Positions 1 through 9,720 of a stretch of 33,918 nucleotides of DNA are shown one piece after another (position 1 is the stretch's first letter; every line of letters starts with the position of its first letter). The stretch covers positions 133,204-167,121 of the forward strand of contig CAYGTV010000002.1 in the NCBI GenBank assembly GCA_964353135.1, read 5' to 3'. The position numbers were made by a program, and so were the translations under genes. Origin of the DNA: an uncultured Candidatus Saccharibacteria bacterium. GTDB lineage: Bacteria; Patescibacteriota; Minisyncoccia; Phycocordibacterales; UBA918. The notes beneath the pieces were generated by a model. The model was not told where the DNA came from. It searched no databases and worked only from the letters and a program-made list of their open reading frames with translations.

Positions 1-2
1 CT

Positions 3-614
3 ATTTCTCCAGAACGAATTGAGCTAGCTAAGGTCCCAGAGCGATCGCTTGATTTGATTTCAAGTGCTGAACTAGCGAGACTACGCGCTGCACCTGATAC
101 AAAGACACTTGAAGGAAAACGGGATAAAGCGATTCTCGAATTACTGTTTTCAACAGGTTTACGTATCTCAGAACTCTGTGCTCTATCGATTGATGATATC
201 GACCTGACTCGTGATGAATTTTCAGTCCGGGGGAAAGGTGACAAAATCCGGGTTGTGTTTTTGTCTGATTCTGCTCGCGATGCAATTAGGGATTATCTCA
301 AAGCCAGAAAAGACCTTGATAGTGCGATGTTTGTTCGTTACGGACGCAAAGCCAACGATGGTGGTGACTTGCGGCTACAACCGCGCGCAATTCAACGGTT
401 ACTTAAAACCTACGCAGCAATGGCGGGCATTACGCGCAAAGTGACACCGCACGTGATTCGTCACTCATTTGCTACAGACTTACTTCAAAATGGGGCAGAC
501 ATTAGAAGTGTCCAGGCCCTCCTTGGTCATGCGAGCATCAATACCACCCAAATCTATACCCACGTAACGGATAAACACCTACGTGATGTGCATAAAAAAT
601 TCCACGGCAAGTAG
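3..614 (+). CDS. Tyrosine recombinase, XerC/XerD family (5'-truncated by window edge)
   Basis: Frame open from position 3 (ISPERIELAKVPERSLDLIS...). Catalytic motifs GLRISE, GKGDK, HVIRHSFAT, LLGH, TQIY present. Confidence 0.92.
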   Translation: MSPERIELAKVPERSLDLISSAELARLRAAPDTKTLEGKRDKAILELLFSTGLRISELCALSIDDIDLTRDEFSVRGKGDKIRVVFLSDSARDAIRDYLKARKDLDSAMFVRYGRKANDGGDLRLQPRAIQRLLKTYAAMAGITRKVTPHVIRHSFATDLLQNGADIRSVQALLGHASINTTQIYTHVTDKHLRDVHKKFHGK

Positions 615-615
615 G

Positions 616-855
616 CTATTTTTTCTTACTGAAAAATGACTTATACAATTTCCATATGTCGTCATCACTGAAATCGGTTTGTTTAATTTTGAGATAGCTA
701 AAATAAACAGCGTAGGCAAGGATTGCTAGCGGGATGTAGTACTGAAACAAAACTATAAAAAAGAGTCCGTGCATCAACAATGGTAGTAGGCTCAACGAAA
801 ACAGCGTGAGTCCTCCCCACTTGAGAATTTGTAACCGTTGTTCACTGGTAAACAT
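616..855 (-). CDS. Small hypothetical membrane protein (2 TM)
   Basis: Hydrophobic ORF. ATG at 855 lies 7 nt downstream of TATCTT; the longer 903 start overlaps a terminator. Confidence 0.6.
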   Translation of the reverse strand: MFTSEQRLQILKWGGLTLFSLSLLPLLMHGLFFIVLFQYYIPLAILAYAVYFSYLKIKQTDFSDDDIWKLYKSFFSKKK

Positions 856-888
856 TACCTGCAAGATACTCCTATAAAATTTGCTGTC

Positions 889-924
889 AATCAAAAACGA
901 CACCAGTTGGTGTCGTTTTTGATT
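889..924. terminator. Intrinsic terminator-like inverted repeat
   Basis: AATCAAAAACGACACCA-gt-TGGTGTCGTTTTTGATT, downstream of the M14 gene pair. Confidence 0.75.
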
Positions 925-935
925 ATTGTTGGTAT

Positions 936-1775
936 TTACCGATATAACTCTAGTGTCGCCAGTACCCCTGCCCAGTTACGGTCCCACTCGATACTTTCAC
1001 GAAGCTCAAGCTCAACGGTTACTGCTGGTATGCCAATGCTAGCTAGCCAGCCCTCGGCGTCACCGGTGACTGGGTACGCGGTCCATAGTCCGGCTGCCTC
1101 GTAGTTGGCGGCCGAAGCGTAGGTGTTCATAAGTAGTTGGGTTGCACCTAGTACCCCATTTCCACATTCACTAGTAAACACGGCGTTTCCAATGCTGTGC
1201 CAAAATACAGCTGCGTTTGGCTTGACCATGGCTACGTAGTCACGTAGTGCCGCTGCTTCTGGTTCTGAAAATGGTGCAGATCCAGCACTAACCACTGCGC
1301 TTCGCCACGTACTCTCTGGTTTCCACCGACAGCCAAAGTTTCGGTTGAGATCAACATCATTGGCATTAAACCTGCGCGCTTGGGCTGAGGCGGTCGACAC
1401 TACTGCGTATCCGTCAGGATTTAGATTAGGAATGATGTGAACAGTCACTGAATCAGGAATGACAGAACTGTTTGACTGAAATTCCTCAATCATCGCTTCG
1501 GCCAAACGTACTGTGTTTGCTTCGTAACCTCCATGGATTCCCCCCACAAACAGCAGATCGGTTTCACCAGTCCCAAAGGTGTAGGCCTCGATTGGCCTGG
1601 CTTCAACAGATGTACCAATCACAGTTCGAGTTGATGTGGCTGGAGTTTCAGTTGTTGTTTCTGAGGAGTCAGATGGCACAACGGCCGGGCCAGAAGGCAC
1701 CGGCCAGAAGGCCCATATTGCTATTGCTACAACTCCAAGCGTCAGTAGCGCTCCCGCAATAATAAATTTACTCAT
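936..1775 (-). CDS. Membrane-anchored M14 zinc carboxypeptidase (MpaA-like), catalytic residues present
   Basis: N-terminal TM; GGIHGGYE, NPDG, NANDVDLNRNF, PFSEPE, FWHS, AVTVELE. Confidence 0.85.
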   Translation of the reverse strand: MSKFIIAGALLTLGVVAIAIWAFWPVPSGPAVVPSDSSETTTETPATSTRTVIGTSVEARPIEAYTFGTGETDLLFVGGIHGGYEANTVRLAEAMIEEFQSNSSVIPDSVTVHIIPNLNPDGYAVVSTASAQARRFNANDVDLNRNFGCRWKPESTWRSAVVSAGSAPFSEPEAAALRDYVAMVKPNAAVFWHSIGNAVFTSECGNGVLGATQLLMNTYASAANYEAAGLWTAYPVTGDAEGWLASIGIPAVTVELELRESIEWDRNWAGVLATLELYR

Positions 1776-1778
1776 GCT

Positions 1779-2672
1779 CTAGTTTGACAGTGACTCTAGT
1801 ACTGCCTTAAATCCAGCTTCGTTTTTATTCCACTCGATTCCTGCCCGGTCGGTTAGTAGAACACTGATAGCTGGTACTCCTTCTTTTGCCAGCCAGTTCA
1901 CCATGTCACCGTTGATTGTGTAGGCATCAAACTCAGCCTCTACGCCATAGTTTGCAGCCGCTCCAAACGTATTGGCTAGTTGGGCTGATGCATTTGATGG
2001 GTTTCCGCCACAAGCTGATGGATACACTTTACCTTCGGCAGCAAACCAGACAATCGCTCCAACGGCGTTGATCTCTGTTACGTAGTCCCGGATAGCTCTA
2101 GCTTCTGGTTCTGAAAATGCAACACTTCCGCCACTGACTTCTTGGTCTCGCCACATACTAGTTGCAGCCCAATCACAATCAAAGTTTCGGTTGAGGTCCA
2201 CATTGTTAGCGTTAAATCGCCCCGTGGTTCCACCGGCTGCTAGACCGTCAGGGTTTACGGTTGGAATCACTGTTACCCGCATGTCTGCTGGAATCAGGTT
2301 TTGGTTGTCACCTAGATAAGAAATAAATTCCTCTGCCAGGGCTGCTGTGTTTGGTGAGTAGCTACCGTGAGTGCCAGCGATGAGTAGTACTTCGTCGCTC
2401 CCGTTTCCAAAGTGATACGCAGTAATAGGTGCTCCGTTGACTGATGTACCAAGCACAGTTTGACTCTCGTACGTCAAGGTATCTACCATATCTCCGTCAC
2501 CGATTAGTTCATCGAGTGGTTGTGCACCGTCACCGATTCCCCCGTCTGGCTCTACCGGCATCATGTCAGACGCTGGTGTTTCAAACATATTACCACTGTT
2601 GAGTAATAGGTAGGAACCCCCACCAACCAGTAGTAGGGCTAGTAATGCAATAATGATATTTTTTGTAGTCAT
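1779..2672 (-). CDS. M14 carboxypeptidase paralog, probably catalytically inactive
   Basis: Same scaffold (NPDG, NANNVDLNRNF, FSEPE) but HGSYS, VWFA and ISVLL at ligand/catalytic positions. Start 2672 is 7 nt after TATAAT. Confidence 0.8.
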   Translation of the reverse strand: MTTKNIIIALLALLLVGGGSYLLLNSGNMFETPASDMMPVEPDGGIGDGAQPLDELIGDGDMVDTLTYESQTVLGTSVNGAPITAYHFGNGSDEVLLIAGTHGSYSPNTAALAEEFISYLGDNQNLIPADMRVTVIPTVNPDGLAAGGTTGRFNANNVDLNRNFDCDWAATSMWRDQEVSGGSVAFSEPEARAIRDYVTEINAVGAIVWFAAEGKVYPSACGGNPSNASAQLANTFGAAANYGVEAEFDAYTINGDMVNWLAKEGVPAISVLLTDRAGIEWNKNEAGFKAVLESLSN

Positions 2673-2908
2673 ACTTTTCATTATACGCCTAAATGAGAAA
2701 GAGACAAAAATACACTGCATTTTTTGGTATGGGGACAAGTATAAACTTTGTAACATATACGCGTTATAGTATAGGGACGAAAAGCACTTTTGTGTCGTTC
2801 GTGTCATATCCGCAAGTTTACTTGCACAAGCAGTAGCAATTTTGGGGGCCGTTAGGTCTTTTTTGTTGTGTACTGGTCATTATTTAAAGCTAAACAAACT
2901 TATTATTT

Positions 2909-3652
2909 ATGCAAAAAGTTATTACTACTAAGTACGTCGCGTTGTTTGCCTTATTGGCACTTGCGTTCATGGTTGCTGTACCAGCCTACGCCTACGAAGA
3001 ACTAGAAATCGAAATTGAGATCAAAGGTCAATATGCCTATGTAGAAGTAGAACACGAAGTGAATGACAAAGACGTAGAGCAAGATTTCAAATTCATGACG
3101 ACTGATCTAGACGAGGTCTATGAACAGCTTGCAGAAGAACTTGATCTGTCAGTTGCTGAAGTAAAGGCAGCTTCAAAAGTAGAAGAAGATGATGAAGACA
3201 AAGACGATAAGGATGAAGATGAATATACAGAAGAAGAAGCTCGAGAAGCAATCGCAGACGCAACTGAAGAAGTAGAAAAAGCTAGGGCTGCAGTCGAAGC
3301 AGAAACTACTGATCGAGGTGAATATCTGGCAACTGCTGAAGAATATCTAGCAAACGCAGAAGCTGCTTTTGCAGATGAAGAATATGAAGACGCTGAAGAA
3401 TGGGCAGATAAAGCTGAAGATAAAGCCGAATATATTCTAGGTGAAGACGATGACAAAGAATATCAAGAAAAAGATAAGGATAAAGACATGTCATGGGATA
3501 AAGATGAGTCAAAGTACGAGTCATCTGACAAGTACAAAGATTACGGAAAAACTGATGACTATGCGGAACTGCAAGCACAGCTACAGGAACTAATGCAGCT
3601 ATTGATCCAGTTGCTAACAATGCAAATTGCACAGCAGACAGCTGCTCAATAG
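2909..3652 (+). CDS. Secreted, highly acidic (E/D/K-rich) hypothetical protein
   Basis: Signal peptide ending AYA; acidic helical repeats; Q/L-rich C-terminal helix. Confidence 0.8.
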   Translation: MQKVITTKYVALFALLALAFMVAVPAYAYEELEIEIEIKGQYAYVEVEHEVNDKDVEQDFKFMTTDLDEVYEQLAEELDLSVAEVKAASKVEEDDEDKDDKDEDEYTEEEAREAIADATEEVEKARAAVEAETTDRGEYLATAEEYLANAEAAFADEEYEDAEEWADKAEDKAEYILGEDDDKEYQEKDKDKDMSWDKDESKYESSDKYKDYGKTDDYAELQAQLQELMQLLIQLLTMQIAQQTAAQ

Positions 3653-3663
3653 ATTGACCGCCG

Positions 3664-3703
3664 AACAACAAAAAACGAGCCAATTGGCTCGTTTTTTGTT
3701 GTT
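3664..3703. terminator. Bidirectional terminator (perfect 40-bp palindrome)
   Basis: AACAACAAAAAACGAGCCAATTGGCTCGTTTTTTGTTGTT between convergent genes. Confidence 0.8.
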
Positions 3704-6151
3704 TTATAATGCTAGTTCCTCTGGAGTAAAATCGGCTTTGGTTAGACTGATCGTGTCGCCTTTTTTGACTGATCCTGCGATTATCTTTTGTGCCACCTTT
3801 TCCTCGAGTGTATCCTGCATCACTCGCTGCATTGGCCTGGCGCCAAATTCTGGGTGGTAGCCTTTTTGCACCAAGATCTGCAGCAATTCTTCTCCTACCA
3901 CCAAGTCATACCCTTTTTGTTTGATGCGGGTATTGAGGTCTTGTAGCATGAGACTGGCTACCTGACCTTGTTCCTCGAGCGTCAACGGTTCAAATATAAT
4001 GGTGTTTGAGAAACGGTTGATAAGCTCTGGGCGAAATAGCCCGTCAGCGATAATGTTGTCGATGATTGACTGGTTGAGGTTAGTAAGGGCTTTACGGCTT
4101 TGCACAGTTTCAATGATCAGCTGACTGCCAGCGTTACTAGTTGCAATGATGATTGTATTGCGGGCATTTACCTTTTGCCCTCGCCCATCGGTAAACACCC
4201 CTTCGTCTAGCACCTGTAGAAATACGTCGTGGACTGACTGACTTGCCTTTTCAAACTCATCGAGGAGTACCACTGAGTACGGGTGTTCGCGCAGTAATGT
4301 CGGCAAAGTCCCGGCGTTGTCAGTGGTTCCGATCAAACGAGCAAGCGCATCACTGCCGCTAAACTCTGACATATCAATCCGCTGCATGGTATGCTCCCCA
4401 CCGAAAAATACATTAGCCAGAGCCTTGGCCGTTTCGGTTTTTCCGACACCAGTTGGTCCAAGGAATAAGAATGACCCCATCGGTTTATCACTGGCTTGGA
4501 TCCCCGTTCGTGCCCGCCTCATAGTTTTTGCAATCGCATCAATCGCAGCACGCTGCCCTATGACTTGGTTGTGTAGCCTATCCTCTAGGTGTAGTAGTAG
4601 ATCTCGTTCAGTGTTTTGGATCGGTCCGGCTGGCACACCAGTTTTCTGACTGACAAATGCGTACACAAAATCAGCGTTGATGTATAGATTGTTTTGGCTG
4701 TGTGCATGGCTTGCTATTTCGAGCAGAAGCGAGACGGCTTTGTCTGGCATGACACCCTCTACGATATACCGACTGGCTGCCGCTGCTGTTGCCACGAGGC
4801 TTCCATAGGTAAATATCACTCCTCGTCTGGATTCTTCTTGCAGCGCGATGTTTTGCAGGACTCGTACAGTTGCGCTGTTGTCTGGTGTTTCGATGAGGAT
4901 TTCTGCAAACCGTCGGGTAAATCCACCGAGTGTTTCAAGGTGTGTGTGATAGCCAACCGGTGTATCTGTCATGATGAAATGGAGGTGAGGCAGAGCGAGG
5001 TATTCATCAAGTAATTCGGGTAAGAATACTCCGGCTGCCTCAGCTTCTTTGATAACGGTGCTCAGATTCTCAATAACTATTGTATTATGACCAGCGTTAG
5101 CGGCTTCGTTGAACATCGAAAGTAGTGTTAGTTCTAGTGACTGTTTATCTTTGTGGGTTGCAAACAGTCTCCCAGTATCGAGTACGACGATGTGCTCGTT
5201 GGTGAGCGAATCGAGTGCTTCCCCAGTTTGCATTCGTCGTTTCACTTCCATAATTAGGTCAGTTTTTCCTACCCCAGCTTCCCCGATGAGTAGTACGTTG
5301 GCTGACTGGCTACGGGCCAATGTGGTTTCGATCTCGATTACTTTTTCTGCTGCAAAAGAACTGTCTCGAGTCAGGGTCGAAAACACGGCTGTGGTCTGGA
5401 TGTTTTTAGAATAACGCGTTAGTAGGTATGCCACACCGTAGGATAGTTCTGAACCAATGCGGCTAGTTTTAGATAAGTTATCTCGACTCCACCACCGAGC
5501 AATTCGTTTTTGCTGATGGTAGGCCCCGATGGTCCATCGTAGTGAACCAAGGAAGTACTCCGGAAGTACTCCATTGTCGTGTATTAATGCTGCAAATGCG
5601 GGATCGTGTGCTAGCAAGTGCTTTCCTAGCCCAATGATGCTAAACACTTCTCCTTCCGGCAGCGTAATCATGTTGGCTGTGATTGGCTGCCGTTTGCTTT
5701 GTACATAAGCACTGATCTGATCTAGTGTTAGCCCAGATCGAATGAGTACTGTGCGCCCAAAATTTGATTCAACAAAAGCTGCTCCAACATCATCTGGGTT
5801 ACAAAGGGTCACAGTCGCCACATCATAGGTTGCGCCATGAGCCGGAGTCTCTTCCAGTCCAAGGATCGAGTGGAGGCCTTTGAAGTAGTAGTTATTGTGA
5901 TAACAAATCGCTAGCAGTGTATCGGTCCATACAGCTAACCCAAGCAGACTGACGCCGGCTGCGTAGTTGCGATACATGTAATAGTCGACAAATACCTCTG
6001 GGAAAAAGTGTAACGCCGCGGCCGTTGCTCCGCCGAGTAAAAATGCGGCCGTCCCAAACGCTCGCATACTACCGAGTGCCCGCCGTGATACCAGCTGTTC
6101 TAGTCGCACAGCTGGTTTAAAAGGTTGGATGCTGTCGTAAAGCGTATACAT
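3704..6151 (-). CDS. ClpA/ClpB-family AAA+ ATPase with N-terminal transmembrane segments
   Basis: Two Walker A motifs (GEAGVGKT, GPTGVGKT), RIDMSEF, VLLDEFEK, FRPELINR, GARPMQR. Confidence 0.9.
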   Translation of the reverse strand: MYTLYDSIQPFKPAVRLEQLVSRRALGSMRAFGTAAFLLGGATAAALHFFPEVFVDYYMYRNYAAGVSLLGLAVWTDTLLAICYHNNYYFKGLHSILGLEETPAHGATYDVATVTLCNPDDVGAAFVESNFGRTVLIRSGLTLDQISAYVQSKRQPITANMITLPEGEVFSIIGLGKHLLAHDPAFAALIHDNGVLPEYFLGSLRWTIGAYHQQKRIARWWSRDNLSKTSRIGSELSYGVAYLLTRYSKNIQTTAVFSTLTRDSSFAAEKVIEIETTLARSQSANVLLIGEAGVGKTDLIMEVKRRMQTGEALDSLTNEHIVVLDTGRLFATHKDKQSLELTLLSMFNEAANAGHNTIVIENLSTVIKEAEAAGVFLPELLDEYLALPHLHFIMTDTPVGYHTHLETLGGFTRRFAEILIETPDNSATVRVLQNIALQEESRRGVIFTYGSLVATAAAASRYIVEGVMPDKAVSLLLEIASHAHSQNNLYINADFVYAFVSQKTGVPAGPIQNTERDLLLHLEDRLHNQVIGQRAAIDAIAKTMRRARTGIQASDKPMGSFLFLGPTGVGKTETAKALANVFFGGEHTMQRIDMSEFSGSDALARLIGTTDNAGTLPTLLREHPYSVVLLDEFEKASQSVHDVFLQVLDEGVFTDGRGQKVNARNTIIIATSNAGSQLIIETVQSRKALTNLNQSIIDNIIADGLFRPELINRFSNTIIFEPLTLEEQGQVASLMLQDLNTRIKQKGYDLVVGEELLQILVQKGYHPEFGARPMQRVMQDTLEEKVAQKIIAGSVKKGDTISLTKADFTPEELAL

Positions 6152-6153
6152 AT

Positions 6154-6543
6154 TTATATAAGAAATAAACTAATACTCGCTCCAATCAAACCAACAATCA
6201 AAAATGGTGCTACCATCCAAAATAGATACACCAGAAATCCCCCAGCAATTGTCAGCAGTAACGTCAGCAGCCCAACAACGATAATCCCGGTCCGAGCGAT
6301 TGCCCCGACGATTCGAGACAGGAAATTAATAATCACGTACGCAGCGAGGTCTTCGAGATTGAATTTGTCTCCTCGATCCTGGGTAGTGCGTTTAAATGGA
6401 GCAAACCAGGATCGCAGCAGCTGCGGGATAGAGAAAAAGTGAATCACTACAAACAAAAAGTTGCGCCAGACAGCCCACATCTGCCACCACGCTTGGGTGT
6501 AGTGCCAGACAAAATAATCGCTAATGATCGAGGCGAAGAACAT
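6154..6543 (-). CDS. Hypothetical membrane protein, co-transcribed with the Clp ATPase
   Basis: Aromatic/hydrophobic ORF ending 2 nt before the ATPase start; TATACT 7 nt upstream of ATG. Confidence 0.8.
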   Translation of the reverse strand: MFFASIISDYFVWHYTQAWWQMWAVWRNFLFVVIHFFSIPQLLRSWFAPFKRTTQDRGDKFNLEDLAAYVIINFLSRIVGAIARTGIIVVGLLTLLLTIAGGFLVYLFWMVAPFLIVGLIGASISLFLI

Positions 6544-6580
6544 TGATATAAGTATACCAGCTGTCTGTTAAAATACTCTC

Positions 6581-7492
6581 ATGAAAACTTTGAAAAAAAT
6601 CGTACTCGCGGTTATTTTCCTTGTCTTGATCTTGTTGGTATATGTTCAGGTGTTCTCTCGTGATGCAGCCACAGTAGATGATGCAGATTTGGTGTTAGCG
6701 CCAGTTGAGATACTTAGTCAATCAGATAATGCATATTATGTATTACCGATCATCGATGGACGTACCGATCGTGATTTAACCGACGCTTTTATTGCAGCAT
6801 CAACATTGCCTGGGTATCAGTGTCCAACAATGGTTAACAACTACTCCGCAGTAGCAGAAGCGTGTCTACTCAACGACATACGCAATGTTGCTAATCTGGT
6901 TGCAGATCGAGCCATCGTGTCCTTGTCGGTTGGCAATACGACAGATGCTATGGAGAGCGCCTTAGCAATTGTGCGGGTGGCAAACCAGCTCGCTATCTCA
7001 AATAGTATGTTGATCGAAGAATTGGTTTCAATTGCCCTATATGATATCGCCGCCGATACCTTGGAGCAGCTAGAAGGTGAACTTTCGCCTGCCCAAAATA
7101 ACCAAGTGGCTGAAACTTTAAAGCAATACGGGCCTGACAAAATAACCCTGATGAACGCTTACCGAGCAGAGTATATGGTCTCGAAAGATCTTGTTAATCA
7201 AGCTGGGGTCGGTAACCCTAGTCCGTATCGATGGCAGCCAAACAAAACTACTAACGAGCTAGCAGACTGGTACCGGCTTATTTTAGGAGCAGAGCCTGAG
7301 TCCAGCAAAAAAGTGCAAAAGAAGTTAGAAAGAAATGCAAATATTTCCCCACTGGTATTGCTGCAACCAAATAGTACTGGGAAGATATTTTTGTCAGTAA
7401 TACTTGGGTCAACAAACGATATCACGCCACGATACAATCAATTACAGCAAAGATATAACGATTTACTGATGAGTTTTACTACTAAATCATGA
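6581..7492 (+). CDS. Hypothetical exported/membrane-anchored protein
   Basis: 303-aa ORF with N-terminal hydrophobic segment, followed by a terminator. Confidence 0.75.
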   Translation: MKTLKKIVLAVIFLVLILLVYVQVFSRDAATVDDADLVLAPVEILSQSDNAYYVLPIIDGRTDRDLTDAFIAASTLPGYQCPTMVNNYSAVAEACLLNDIRNVANLVADRAIVSLSVGNTTDAMESALAIVRVANQLAISNSMLIEELVSIALYDIAADTLEQLEGELSPAQNNQVAETLKQYGPDKITLMNAYRAEYMVSKDLVNQAGVGNPSPYRWQPNKTTNELADWYRLILGAEPESSKKVQKKLERNANISPLVLLQPNSTGKIFLSVILGSTNDITPRYNQLQQRYNDLLMSFTTKS

Positions 7493-7500
7493 GAGTAAAA

Positions 7501-7541
7501 AAGAAAACCGGCGCGACCCCAGGGGTCGCGCCGGTTTTCTT
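7501..7541. terminator. Bidirectional terminator
   Basis: 20-bp perfect arms AAGAAAACCGGCGCGACCCC / GGGGTCGCGCCGGTTTTCTT. Confidence 0.8.
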
Positions 7542-7554
7542 ATTGATGCGTGGA

Positions 7555-7827
7555 TTACGCAGCTTCTTCTGTAGCTTCGTCAGTGTCAGCTGTATCGTCT
7601 GATGCAGCGTCGTCTGTAGCTGGAGTTGCAGCCGCTCGGTCTACGTTTACCGCAGCAGGTCCTTTTGGACCTTCTTCGATATCAAATGACACAACGTCAC
7701 CTTCTTGTAGGTCATCAAATTCAACTGCTTCTAGAGCTGAAGCGTGGAAGAAAACGTCTTTGTCGCCTTGTTCTGGCTTGATAAACCCGTACCCCTCGTC
7801 TCGCTTTCGAATGATTGTTCCTTTCAT
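7555..7827 (-). CDS. cspA: Cold-shock domain protein with acidic C-terminal tail
   Basis: GYGFI (RNP1), DVFFHAS (RNP2), GPKGPAAVNV. Confidence 0.92.
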   Translation of the reverse strand: MKGTIIRKRDEGYGFIKPEQGDKDVFFHASALEAVEFDDLQEGDVVSFDIEEGPKGPAAVNVDRAAATPATDDAASDDTADTDEATEEAA

Positions 7828-7984
7828 CTTATGTTTGTTTATTTGTATTAATACAAAACGTCACTTCTTCTTCACTTTGCCGTACTTCAAAGGAGTTTGT
7901 TTCGCTAGCTGAATTAAAGCACAGCTGTAAATAAATACAAGCTAAAATTCAACCCTTTACGCTCATGTGCTATGATCGAAACGT

Positions 7985-8536
7985 ATGGATATTCTTACAA
8001 AGACAATTGTGTACGTTGACGAGTCCTTTCAAGGTAAGCAAAAATCGCACTTTGAGCGAGCTGTATTTTGGATTGAACAGTTTATTTCTGAGTGTAGTGA
8101 TGCCCACAAGGTAGCTGCCTATGCTCACGATATCGAACGAGCCTTTCGTGATAAAAGTAAACCAGCGCCAGCCAGTTTCCTCGATCCAACTTTTCTAAAA
8201 GAGCATCAAGAGAGCGGAGCTCAAATTATGCGAAATTTTCTTGAGAAAGAAAATCAAACAGAAGGTTTTATCAACAGTGTCACGCATTTGATCTCAAGGC
8301 ACGAAGAAGGCGGTGATACAGAGCAAAATGCCATGAAAGATGCCGACTCGGTCAGTTTCTTTGAAACTACAGCAGAAAACTTTGTGATTAACAAAGTTAA
8401 AACAGAAGGGTATAAGACAATCAAAGAAAAGATTGACTGGATGTATGATCGTATTTCTTCGGAGCAGGCAAAACAAGCAGCCAAACCTCACTATGATAAA
8501 TGGTCGGCGATACTAGAATTATCTAGCAGTTCCTAA
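7985..8536 (+). CDS. HD-domain/DUF4202-like protein
   Basis: H..AHDIER..HQ..HE..DADSVSFF pattern. Confidence 0.7.
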   Translation: MDILTKTIVYVDESFQGKQKSHFERAVFWIEQFISECSDAHKVAAYAHDIERAFRDKSKPAPASFLDPTFLKEHQESGAQIMRNFLEKENQTEGFINSVTHLISRHEEGGDTEQNAMKDADSVSFFETTAENFVINKVKTEGYKTIKEKIDWMYDRISSEQAKQAAKPHYDKWSAILELSSSS

Positions 8537-9174
8537 AACTCAGCTGATTCGTCTTCTCTTAGTTCTGTAAACGTTGTGCCAATTGCAGACAGTTCTCGCG
8601 CAACATGATTATAGGTTCCTTTTTTTCCTGCCTCGCTGAGCATATAGTCGTGTACCGGGAATGCTTTATTTGGTTTCACTTCACGAGCATATTTGATGGC
8701 GTCTGATAATTTGCACCATGGTCCAGCTACTGGTAGTGCCAGCACAGGCACTTCTTTTTCAGGGTTAGTGTATGCATCACCTGGGTAGAATAATTTTTCA
8801 GCAATAAAATAGCCGGTATTCTGAACAATCCCAAAATCGTCAATAATTTCAACGTGTTCGCCATCAAAGGCTTCTATATGTACGCCAGCACAAGTATCGT
8901 TATCGCGTCCTTCTAGAAGATCGTAATCAACTCTTAGTTCAGCCAGCACTTTTCCAACACTTGTATTAGTAACGACTTGTGCGTTTGGGTTCTTTTCTAA
9001 AACTGCTAGTAGTGATTCGCTATGCAGGTGGTCAGCATGCTCGTGAGTGATCAGTATCAGATCAATGTCAGTTACATCATTTTGACTCGTACTAAATCGA
9101 CCTGGATCAGTGAGGATTCGTTTCCCTGTAACCTCAATCAATAAACAACATTGCCCAAATTTAGTGATTTTCAT
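8533..9174 (-). CDS. Metallo-beta-lactamase-fold hydrolase
   Basis: THEHADH, YPGD, PVHD. Confidence 0.88.
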   Translation of the reverse strand: MKITKFGQCCLLIEVTGKRILTDPGRFSTSQNDVTDIDLILITHEHADHLHSESLLAVLEKNPNAQVVTNTSVGKVLAELRVDYDLLEGRDNDTCAGVHIEAFDGEHVEIIDDFGIVQNTGYFIAEKLFYPGDAYTNPEKEVPVLALPVAGPWCKLSDAIKYAREVKPNKAFPVHDYMLSEAGKKGTYNHVARELSAIGTTFTELREDESAEF

Positions 9175-9180
9175 ACTTTG

Positions 9181-9708
9181 TTAAATTGTTAGCTCGATAA
9201 TACCTCCGTCTGGGATCGAGTCTGGTAATGGTTCGCCCAGGTGTGCCAGTATTCGTTTTATTGAACCTCCGTGTGCCAGGATTGCAAACGATTCTGGTGC
9301 TTGTTCGACGATACTAGTAAACGCAGTTACTACTCGATCATTAAAATCTGCCCAAGATTCTCCCTCTGGATCAGTGTTTGTATGGTCCTTGTGCGCTTTT
9401 ACTGCTTCTGGGAACTTTGCGAGAGCCTCTGTCTTTGTCAGTCCGCCCAGGATTCCGTAGTCGCGTTCTTGTACTCCCTTGATTTGAACTAGAGTACAGT
9501 TGATTGTATTGCTAATTATTTCAGCACTTTCACGGGCACGAACAAGTGGGCTATGAAATATAGTCTCTATACCAGAATCAACCAGTTTGTCTGCAGTTTC
9601 TTGTAATTGTTTTTGTCCCAGCTCAGTTAGGTGATCATCGTACGTACCGCCGTAACGATCTTCTAAATCACCAGTAGTTTGTCCATGTCGAATGAGAAAT
9701 AATTTCAT
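9181..9708 (-). CDS. Histidine phosphatase (phosphoglycerate mutase-like)
   Basis: LIRHGQT, SPLVRA, ERDYG, GES, AHGG. Confidence 0.9.
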   Translation of the reverse strand: MKLFLIRHGQTTGDLEDRYGGTYDDHLTELGQKQLQETADKLVDSGIETIFHSPLVRARESAEIISNTINCTLVQIKGVQERDYGILGGLTKTEALAKFPEAVKAHKDHTNTDPEGESWADFNDRVVTAFTSIVEQAPESFAILAHGGSIKRILAHLGEPLPDSIPDGGIIELTI

Positions 9709-9720
9709 CTATACTTTATA

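Noticed and set aside
3-614. Integron integrase or prophage integrase
   Set aside because: No IntI-specific insertion evident and no phage genes; looks like housekeeping Xer. A role at the tRNA elements cannot be shown from sequence.
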